DNA of 63,872 bases, filler included, from Reticulomyxa filosa (lineage: Eukaryota; Protista; Foraminifera): assembly GCA_000512085.1 (NCBI GenBank). It is 20 parts of 20 records of this genome, joined end to end, with 100 filler letters (N's around TTAATTAATTAA, not from the genome) between each part and the next. Parts side by side here need not be neighbours in the genome. Positions count along the whole stretch, not along the records: positions 49,124 to 58,299 come from ASPP01027115.1; positions 58,400 to 60,209 come from ASPP01007095.1; positions 60,310 to 61,489 come from ASPP01039049.1; 17 more parts are not named here. One strand, 5' to 3'. A model generated the notes under the pieces. It made no database searches. It had not been told where the DNA came from and saw only the letters and a program-made list of their open reading frames with translations. The translations under genes were made by a program, and so were the position numbers. Shown here one piece after another: positions 53,104-61,322 of this stretch (its first letter is position 1; each line of letters starts with the position of its first letter).

Positions 53104-56100
53104 TTATCTGCAATGAGACCAAATGGATATCGCGTTGGCCTTTTGGAGAGCTACGCTTACTTTTTGGAAAATTGTCTTGCGCGCATTTTGCTCTGTTCTG
53201 TTTTCTTTGTCAGCTAGTGTCTTGGCTACCTTGTTGAAGAATTCTATGGCTACTTTATGCCAGCCACCTGTAGTTTCGGCAATTAGCGGGACGTATGATA
53301 TACCTTGGTCTATGCACTTTTGCAATGATTTGTTGTTTTTTCGGTCATAGTATTGCTCTTCTGCATGGAGTTCATTGGTGTAGTTGTTTGCGATGTGTGC
53401 ATGAGTTATTCCAACGTCGAATAACGTGAGGTCATTGGGATCGTCGAACCATTTTAAACCGAAATCTCCGGGGCGTTCATTGTTGTTGGCATCGATTTTG
53501 AGCTCTCGCCTGTGATGTAGTTCCGCACGCTTGAGAATGTTTGTGATGCATGCGACGACTTTATCGTGGCGGGCTATTCTGCCTTTACCATGAATGCATG
53601 TCAATGCGTGGTCTCCGTGTTGATCCATCTTGTGCTCACATGATCCTCCGCCGTGGCATTTTTCGTCGACCGATACAACTAATGATAATCTTAGTCGAGT
53701 GATGGTTTGGAACTCTATGTTATCAAGCATTGTGCGCGAATATTTGTTTGGGGGGGCTTGTAAGAATGCAGACGAGTGTTTGGTGGATAATGCGGTGAGC
53801 ATAGCTCGCGTACGATGGTTGGCGTTGGATGTGAATGTGTGAGTTGCATTGATTGATATGCTTTTGGATAATGATGCTTGTGTTGGGATGGTGGTGATTG
53901 ATCTGATGTTGTGAGCTTCCTTGGTGAGTGAATTGTAATGGGCTATTGCGTTGTCGAGTTCTTGTGTGTCTGTCCACTGGGAAATGTTTGTGTTTCTGTG
54001 GATAGTTGATATGATTGGAGTGGCTGCCGTGACGGAGGCGATGAAGGAGGCGCTAGCATAGTTGCCGATGGTGCGCAAACCGAAACCCCCATACTTGAGT
54101 GGAAGTTGGCATTGTTGCCAGTTTGAATCGGTGAGTGGGCGGCCGATGATTGTTTCCATACAGCTGCGAATCTTGTTGTCGAACTTGAATGCCCATCGAT
54201 GTCTTGGGTCTGCAAAGCTGGCTCGCAGGAAATAATTTGCTTTGGATATATTCAATGAATGGCGGAGGAGGAGCAAGGACGATTGATAGTGTTGGAGTTT
54301 GTTTAGGTTGTTAAGTTGTGTGTCCAACTCCTTTGACTTCTTTTCCATTTGTTCTTGTTTGAAATTATCGTCGCCAATGGGAACGCTGACGATTGACGTG
54401 TTGAAAGTGGTATTATGTGGGATTAAATTGAAGGCTGTCGGCGGTGGTGTGTCTCTTGACGAGATCCATTCACATTTTCGCAAATTCATGTGGAGGCCAT
54501 GCGAATGTTCCATAGCCGATAGCATGGTGAGTGCGCGCGTCAAGGTTTGTGCTGAGTCGGCTGCCAATGTCAAATCGTCATGGTAGGCTGCGAAATAAAG
54601 ATTTGGCAGGTCAACGAAGGAAATATCCATAGCGTCGGCAAGGACGATGGCAAATAGAGCACTACCAAGAGGGTCCCCTTGATGGACACCGGTGCGAGAT
54701 TGGATTACTTGGCCATTTGGAAGAAAAAGCGGGGAATGCTTTGCATAGCATCCGTGTACGTAACCAATGAGTTCCGGTAAGTGCGATTCTACTAATTGTA
54801 TTAGCTTTGATCTCTTCACTCTGTTGAATGCATTTTGAAAGTCGATTTTTATCGCTGCGGCACCAGGTGTGCGTTTCGTATGAGCTAGCACCGCTTTGAA
54901 CCCATGCGAAAAATGTTCGATGCCTGCGTTGACGTTTATGCCCGACTGGTGTAGACCGACAATTGACTTGATTTTTTCACCGTATCTTGACATTAAGGTG
55001 GCAGCTGCGGAGCGACGCAGCAGTGAACCGATTGCGATGGGCCTGGGGGATCCGTCCGGCTTTGGGATAGCGATAAGCCTTGCACCGTAAGCGATTGGTG
55101 TTGCTGCTTCGCAGGTGTCCCCGTGGCAAATCAAATTGGCAACTTTTGCCCATAACGTGATTACATCCGATTCCGCTTGGTACGGTACAAGATCAATCAG
55201 CAGCTGTGCGGAAAAAAGGTCCGTGCCTCCAGAGGATGATCTCCCCAGTTTTTTGATGTACTTTTGGATGTCTTCTTCTGTGATGGGCTTGCACAATCGC
55301 TTACGTTGAGCAGAAGGTGGGGGGATTTCTATGGGGGTTTCGTCAGGATGTTTAGATCTCAATGTGTCAATAACCTCCTGACTGTATAGCATGGGCGATG
55401 AGGGCGATAGCGATTGAAATGCCTTGGAGTACTCTCCAAGTGAAACGAGGTTGAGGCAACGATTTTGGCAATTGGCTTCGCTTTTGTTCTTTGGTGGTAG
55501 GTCTTCTGATGCTTCCAGTTTTTCGGAATGCACAATGAACTCACGCCAAAGTTCGGTAAATGAACCGTCTCTCCATTTTTGAAATCTCTTCTTTAAGACT
55601 GAAGAAAGTGCATTGATGTGCGCCTTCCCCCCTCTGTCGGGTGACCATAGGAGCAAGCGGGTGAGTAGCATCCATTTGGACCAAGCAGTGTCGTTGTTAT
55701 TGTAGGCAACCTCTCGCAGGCATGATGCTGCAACTGACGCGAAAGTGGACCGAACGGCGCGCGGGATTCTGGTGATGATTTTGGCAGGCAGCGTTGCTAC
55801 GTCGAAGGTTGTTGGCCAACACCATGTGGAAGCGGTGATGGGAGCGTGCAGATTGGCGTTATGCGTGTATACAGCGGTACGGTGCTGAATGTCTTCGCTG
55901 TATTTTTGCTCGTCCGAAAGTAATGTGGGGACTTGAGGGGCATTCGCTTGGTACGTGGATCTTTGTTGGAGCCACAGGCGGCAATGCTTGTGCAAGCCAT
56001 CACGGATCCACTTGGCGGCGGATATATTTCTGCAGTGCGTACACACCTTTCTGTCGTACTGCTGGAAGTACGATTGCGGAATTTCGGAGTGCGGGTCATC

Positions 56101-56430
56101 CACATGCGAGTTCACGTGTTTGTGCAGCGAGGATTCGGCTGAATACACCGAATGGCAATTTGGAACTGGACAGGCAAAATGGGTGGCAGTTTTCCGACTG
56201 GCTTGGTGGTTGCAGGGGACTGCGTCAGGGTCAATGTCGAAGTCTGCTGCGTCGGCGACCGAGGTGGTGTCGTGTACGTGAGGATTGATTGGAATCTGTT
56301 TGGTGTCGGACTGAGACACGAGTGGACCAACGAGGTGTGGCGCGATTGCGTGCGTGTTGGCAGTGGCTGCAGCACTGTTGGTAACGCGTGTTTCTGGTGG
56401 CTGTTTTGTTGAAGGTGTATCTTTTGTCTG
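53104..56430 (-). CDS. Non-LTR retrotransposon protein: C2H2 zinc finger, reverse transcriptase, CCHC knuckle, restriction-like endonuclease (CRE-like)
   Basis: CPVPNC...LHKHVNSH; RLIAIPKPDGSPRPIAIG; KIDFQNAFNRV; GVHQGDPLG; AAYHDDLTL; LPLKYGGFGLR; CEHKMDQHGDHALTC; RHDKV; RPGD...FDV; K...K; PLIAETTGGW; ALQKANA. The frame is open from 56430, and the listed start at 56319 is GTG. Confidence 0.95.
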   Translation of the reverse strand, partial: QTKDTPSTKQPPETRVTNSAAATANTHAIAPHLVGPLVSQSDTKQIPINPHVHDTTSVADAADFDIDPDAVPCNHQASRKTATHFACPVPNCHSVYSAESSLHKHVNSHVDDPHSEIPQSYFQQYDRKVCTHCRNISAAKWIRDGLHKHCRLWLQQRSTYQANAPQVPTLLSDEQKYSEDIQHRTAVYTHNANLHAPITASTWCWPTTFDVATLPAKIITRIPRAVRSTFASVAASCLREVAYNNNDTAWSKWMLLTRLLLWSPDRGGKAHINALSSVLKKRFQKWRDGSFTELWREFIVHSEKLEASEDLPPKNKSEANCQNRCLNLVSLGEYSKAFQSLSPSSPMLYSQEVIDTLRSKHPDETPIEIPPPSAQRKRLCKPITEEDIQKYIKKLGRSSSGGTDLFSAQLLIDLVPYQAESDVITLWAKVANLICHGDTCEAATPIAYGARLIAIPKPDGSPRPIAIGSLLRRSAAATLMSRYGEKIKSIVGLHQSGINVNAGIEHFSHGFKAVLAHTKRTPGAAAIKIDFQNAFNRVKRSKLIQLVESHLPELIGYVHGCYAKHSPLFLPNGQVIQSRTGVHQGDPLGSALFAIVLADAMDISFVDLPNLYFAAYHDDLTLAADSAQTLTRALTMLSAMEHSHGLHMNLRKCEWISSRDTPPPTAFNLIPHNTTFNTSIVSVPIGDDNFKQEQMEKKSKELDTQLNNLNKLQHYQSSLLLLRHSLNISKANYFLRASFADPRHRWAFKFDNKIRSCMETIIGRPLTDSNWQQCQLPLKYGGFGLRTIGNYASASFIASVTAATPIISTIHRNTNISQWTDTQELDNAIAHYNSLTKEAHNIRSITTIPTQASLSKSISINATHTFTSNANHRTRAMLTALSTKHSSAFLQAPPNKYSRTMLDNIEFQTITRLRLSLVVSVDEKCHGGGSCEHKMDQHGDHALTCIHGKGRIARHDKVVACITNILKRAELHHRRELKIDANNNERPGDFGLKWFDDPNDLTLFDVGITHAHIANNYTNELHAEEQYYDRKNNKSLQKCIDQGISYVPLIAETTGGWHKVAIEFFNKVAKTLADKENRTEQNARKTIFQKVSVALQKANAISIWSHCR

Positions 56431-58178
56431 TTAGTTTGCGCGGGGGCCTCATCAGGGGTGACAGCAGTTGGGCTGTTTTTTGTGTTTGAGCTTCTCGCGT
56501 TAGTAGGATGTTGATTTGACTGGATGGTTGACCTGTCCGGGGTAAGTTGGATGCCCCCTGCAGTCGCGGCAAATTTCAAAGTACTATCAGTGGAGGAGGC
56601 GTCCTGCGTACTCAATGAGATTGTGCATAACACGGAGATAAGCGATGAGGTGTTGAAGAGTGGGTAGATGAGCTTTCTTAACCCGGTGCCTCTATCGGGG
56701 CCCAACTTACCTTTGGCGCGAATTTCTTGGAATGACAAATACAATTGGTGGACAGTGTTACTTGTGTATGGTGTCTCCGGCTTGCTTTTGTAGGATGTTG
56801 GCCTTTGAGTATGTGTCGGTGGGGGAGGCAATTTGGGTGGGGTTTCGCCGCTGAAGCTGGCCAAATCGATGATGATGAACTTGCTAACCAGTTGGTTCGA
56901 CTTGCCGGTGTCTTTATCGAATGATTGGGTCAGCGTTATTGTGAAGATGACATGTCCCCGCGAAGGTAGCGAATCTGTGGCAGTAAGCGTCGCGCGCGAT
57001 GTATCCCTTAACTGCTGGACCAGTTCCACTAAATTCGTTTGTTTGGTGATTACAAGGGGTGATGTGTCGGTAGGGCGGGTGGGTGCTACCGAGCGATTGT
57101 TTTCGCTAGGGCTTGTATCAAACGAGCAATGTTTCAATAAATCCGTTGTTCGCGCTTTGAGTGGATCAGGATCGAATAGCTGGAGTGCCTCTAGTGTTAA
57201 TTGTGTGGTGACCGCTACCGTGTTGTGTAATAGGAAATCGAGGACGTATACCAAAAAGGCGCTTTGCTGACTGTCGGGGTGAGAGTGGTCTCCGTATAAC
57301 GAGAACGATTTCCCGGTGCCAGTTCTTCCATATGCGAAAAGTAAGGCGTTATACCCTCGCAACACTTTCTCACACGATTGTTTTAGGATGTGGTCGCTTG
57401 CTTCCCGGTTGGTGACTTCGGGTTGGAAAACTCGATTGAAAGTATACGTATCGCCACCACTTAAGGTGTATCCGATTGATGTCGTGACGTTCTCGTTGTC
57501 GAATTTAATATATCTCTGGTTCGAATCGAAGATGGATGGAGGCTTGACCTGGATTGGTGATGAAACTACTGGTGCCATGCTATCTGGTGGGGGACTGGTC
57601 CATGGTTTTGATGGTGGGATCCGGTTTCCGATGTCTGCAAAAGGTGTTCTAATTGGCATTGTCTCGGATAGTGCCTGCGCGCCTTGGATTTTTCCTGTAT
57701 TGTCTTCATGCATTTGTTTAGACAATGTTGTTTCTTTGCATGGACTGAGGTTCCTTTTTTGAACCGACGTACACTTATTGCTGTCGGGGGGCATTTTTTC
57801 AGCTTTTTCAAAGGTTGTGAGCAAGTTTTCGGGCTCGATTGCGACACTCGATGAGTTGTTGTCGTTTCTTTGTACTTGTTGACTGACTTCCTCAAGCGCT
57901 AACCACGGTTGAGGAACTTGTTTCCGCGACGCGCTTTCGCAAACAACACAAATGTCGTAACCACCATTATGCCCTCCGCAATGAAATAAATAGTCTTGCG
58001 CGTTAATATCTTTGTTGCAACTGTCACAAATGGCCACTTCTTCGAGCCGATAGTTGTAAACATGGTTCGCACGAACAAATATCATAACGTTCTTACAGCC
58101 ATTGAATCCGCAAGTTCTGTACCCACTCTCATTTTTGGTTGTCCACAAATGACCGCTTTTGCCGTTTGCGGCACTCAT
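56112..58178 (-). CDS. Zinc-finger + divergent kinesin motor domain protein (ORF1 or N-terminal half of the retroelement protein)
   Basis: YTFNRVF, VLRGYNALLFAYGRTGTGKSFS (P-loop), SRGHVIFTI (switch I-like), KFIIIDLAS (switch II-like) and STLKFA (alpha6). The N-terminus has CGFNGC / CDSC / HC..H..YDICVVC. The first ATG is at 58178. Confidence 0.9.
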   Translation of the reverse strand: MSAANGKSGHLWTTKNESGYRTCGFNGCKNVMIFVRANHVYNYRLEEVAICDSCNKDINAQDYLFHCGGHNGGYDICVVCESASRKQVPQPWLALEEVSQQVQRNDNNSSSVAIEPENLLTTFEKAEKMPPDSNKCTSVQKRNLSPCKETTLSKQMHEDNTGKIQGAQALSETMPIRTPFADIGNRIPPSKPWTSPPPDSMAPVVSSPIQVKPPSIFDSNQRYIKFDNENVTTSIGYTLSGGDTYTFNRVFQPEVTNREASDHILKQSCEKVLRGYNALLFAYGRTGTGKSFSLYGDHSHPDSQQSAFLVYVLDFLLHNTVAVTTQLTLEALQLFDPDPLKARTTDLLKHCSFDTSPSENNRSVAPTRPTDTSPLVITKQTNLVELVQQLRDTSRATLTATDSLPSRGHVIFTITLTQSFDKDTGKSNQLVSKFIIIDLASFSGETPPKLPPPPTHTQRPTSYKSKPETPYTSNTVHQLYLSFQEIRAKGKLGPDRGTGLRKLIYPLFNTSSLISVLCTISLSTQDASSTDSTLKFAATAGGIQLTPDRSTIQSNQHPTNARSSNTKNSPTAVTPDEAPAQTNRQKIHLQQNSHQKHALPTVLQPLPTRTQSRHTSLVHSCLSPTPNRFQSILTYTTPPRSPTQQTSTLTLTQSPATTKPVGKLPPILPVQFQIAIRCIQPNPRCTNT

Positions 58179-58241
58179 ATCGTACAATGCTGTACTCCTG
58201 GATCGGGCTGCAGTTGTTTTTCACAATAACTTTATATTTAT

Positions 58242-58299
58242 ACAAATCCCAAAAAGGCGCTGTCAAATTTTTTTGTATGAAATCAAACGAGAATGCGAA
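58242..58299 (+). repeat. 58-bp direct repeat, copy 2 (5' flank; contig ends here)
   Basis: ACAAATCCCAAAAAGGCGCTGTCAAATTTTTTTGTATGAAATCAAACGAGAATGCGAA. Confidence 0.95.
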
Positions 58300-58399
58300 N
58301 NNNNNNNNNNNNNNNNNNNNNNNNNNNNNNNNNNNNNNNNNNNTTAATTAATTAANNNNNNNNNNNNNNNNNNNNNNNNNNNNNNNNNNNNNNNNNNNN

Positions 58400-60170
58400 G
58401 TTGGACTTTCAGTTGGTGAATACGTCGGACTATATGTTGGACTTTCAGTCGGGGAATATGTCGGACTGTATGTTGGACTGTATGTTGGACTTTCAGTTGG
58501 TGAATACGTTGGACTATATGTTGGACTATACGTTGGACTTTCAGTTGGGGAATATGTCGGACTGTATGTTGGACTTTGAGTCGGCGAATAGGTAGGAGAA
58601 TAAGTTGGACTTTGAGTTGGTGAATAAGTAGGAGAATAGGTCGGCGAGTGTGTAGGACTGTTTGTCGGTGAGTAAGTCGGACTATAAGTTGGACTTTGAG
58701 TAGGACTTTGGGTTGGACTTTCAGTTGGTGAATACGTTGGACTTTGGGTTGGACTTTGAGTTGGGGAGTACGTCGGCGAGAATGTTGGAGAGCGCGTAGG
58801 AGAAGGTGTAGGAGAACGTGTTGGAGAGCGTGAAGGACTACGTGTTGGACTTTTTGTTGTGACGATTTCCTGCTGTGATGGTTTTCCAGTTGTGGTCCAC
58901 CACATTGTCGGTTTTTTCGTTGGGGCACTCCACATCGTCGGTTTTTTTGTTGGAGCACTCCACATTGTTGGTTTTTTTGTTGGTGCACTCCACATCGTCG
59001 GTTTCTTCGTCGGGGCATTCCACCACATTGTCGGTTTTTTAGTTGGTTTTTTGGTTGGAATGTTCCACCACATCGTCGGTTTTTTCGTTGGGATGCTCCA
59101 TGAGGCAAGACGTCTTCCTAATTGCGTTTCTTCAGTCAAAGTTTCTGCACTTTCGGAAGTTGATATTTCATTGACATTTTCTTCTTCTCCTGCTTCTTTT
59201 TCCCATTCAATCGTGTCGTCGTTACTTACCCACGACTCCTTGAAAGAACACAGCAACACGTCCGGACAAACGACTCCGGCTTTGTCTACAGTGTGTATTG
59301 CGTCAAAGGCTCCAAAGTTGCCAGTAACGCCATCTTTGGAGGCGACCCACGTGAAGCAAGCGCGATTGGCCAGAGCAGGGTAGGCGAATCGTGTTTCTAT
59401 TTGCGTGTCATTGTGGAACGGGGAGAGCCACTCGTTTGCACTTGGATTCGCGTATCGTCGAAACCAAGTCCCGTGCACAAATGCAACTTCGTTATCCCCG
59501 AGGTCAATCAACTCGCCTGTCAAATGGCTGTACGCAGTCACTCGAGACACCATCACCACTTCCAAGTTGCGATCAAACGTATGTGTCAACTCCAAGTCCA
59601 CGTTGCTCGAGTCAGCAAATTGCGCCTCGAAAAATATTCCCTTCATTGACTTGGCATATTCATTCGTGTCCATATCGCCCGTGCCCAAAAACGTGTTCTT
59701 ACTGCCTATGCAGGCATCCCAACAGCTCTTGTCAAACGTTTTCATGTCTTCCTCGGTAAAGTCGTACAGCTCTGGGTTTTCGTATCCTGCTGTTGCTATG
59801 CATTCCAAACATCGGTTCGACTCTCCATTCGATACCAGTTGCGCTGTGCATTTCAACAAACACATTCAAACCATTTCGATGCATGGCGATGCAAAAGCAA
59901 AAAAAATGTATATTTATATATTTACATATATAAATATACATTTTTTTTGGTTTTCATTGTTATAGTTATCGTTGTTATAGTTGTTACAGTTGTTATAGTG
60001 TTTCTACCTGTTGTTGCAAAGCCAGACCAAAATTGATAGGGATACCAAAATTCAGTGAATATCCAATCTGGGGTCATTCGAACGTATACTTGTCCAGCGT
60101 TATTGTAGTAACGAAATCGTGTTTCGTAAGCTATTACATTTATCCCCAATCACCAAAACAAACATTCAAT
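58400..60170 (-). CDS. Mucin/extensin-like surface glycoprotein with PTKKPTMW and SPT(Y/Q/E/R) tandem repeats (partial)
   Basis: A Cys/Trp-containing globular region, then about 7 PTKKPTMW(S/W) units and dozens of 12-nt SPTx units running into the contig end. Confidence 0.8.
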
Positions 60171-60173
60171 TGC

Positions 60174-60209
<36 letters not shown>

Positions 60210-60416
60210 NNNNNNNNNNNNNNNNNNNNNNNNNNNNNNNNNNNNNNNNNNNNTTAATTAATTAANNNNNNNNNNNNNNNNNNNNNNNNNNNNNNNNNNN
60301 NNNNNNNNNAAAAAAAAAAAATGCTAAGAGGTGTGCAATGCTTCGGGATTAAGAAAGAGAACATCGTTGATTGTGGGGGGGGGGAAAAAAAAAACACATG
60401 TTTTCATACATTAAGA

Positions 60417-61322
60417 TTGGATGGGTTTTAACCTCTTTTCAGTTTGAAGAAAAAACGTTATACCCAAAGTTGCGAGTTGTAGCGAAAACCCACCAAGAAA
60501 TGGGTGTCCAACCAGAGTATTATGGACTCTTTGTGGTACGTTCGAACTCTAAAAAAAAAAACGTCACGAGTACATACATGGTGTACACACGAACGCATGA
60601 ACAAACTCAATATTGCACAAATCTAAAAATTCTTATAGGAAGTACTGCATGAGACATTAAGTGAAATCTTTGAGTGTTCGTACACAGTAACTGTTCGCTA
60701 TTGTGTGGACAGGATTTTCACACTGGTAATGTGCATCATGATGGGCTATGATTTGCAAGAATTACCAAAGTTTTATCTGCAAATTTCCGCATCGACTGTC
60801 ACAAACTGTAATATGAAATGGCTGGACAGTTTGGAAAATACAATCCATGACCCGATTGGATTCCAATACTTGTGTCGATTTCTAGAAGCACATTCGTGCA
60901 GCGAATACGTATGGTTTTTGAAATTGTATTTGGAATTTGATTATGCCATGAGTGACAAGCAGAGACTGGTCATTGTCCGAAAATTGATTGACTGTTGTAT
61001 GACACCCGGAGAATTGTTCGAAATTAATATCTCTCATGAAATGCGAGAGCAAGTTTTGTTTTATATTGTACGTTGTAATTGTTAAGTTTTGTAATGTTCT
61101 TTATTTTTTGAGTATACGTACGCAATGTACTCTTGGTAAAATGCTTATGTACCACTACAGTGCGTTAAAGCGGTGAAGGAGTTAAATTCTTTACTTCATA
61201 AAGGAGAAGATGTCATTGTGTCCCCGGATATGTTCCTTTTCGTCTATAACGAAGTCACTCGATTAATTCGTGAAAACCATTGGACTGATTTTGAGTACTT
61301 GTGTTCGACGATGCAAAAATAG
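60417..61322 (+). CDS. Globin-like domain fused to an RGS domain (5'-truncated, 3 exons visible)
   Basis: PKLRVVAKTHQEMGVQPEYYGLFV|EVLHETL fits globin F-G helices with the proximal His. It is spliced (60536-60638) in frame to LENTIHDPIGFQYLCRFLEAHSCSEYVWF...EINISHEMREQ|...MFLFVYNEVTRLIRENHWTDF, an RGS domain. Confidence 0.75.

Larger units (their letters stand above)
52825..58299 (-). mobile_element. CRE-clade (RLE-type) non-LTR retrotransposon carrying a kinesin-motor-like domain
   Basis: A ~5.1-kb intronless coding block, visibly GC-richer than its flanks, with ZnF-kinesin followed by C2H2-RT-CCHC-RLE. It is bracketed by a 58-bp direct repeat. Confidence 0.85.

Noticed and set aside
53123-58351. 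Numerous plus-strand and alternate-frame ORFs within the retroelement
   Set aside because: These are shadow ORFs expected in GC-richer coding DNA and carry no motifs.
58344-59383. Alternate-frame repetitive ORFs (QLKVQ..., [10 protein letters not shown]...)
   Set aside because: They are off-frame and antisense readings of the [11 protein letters not shown] repeats.
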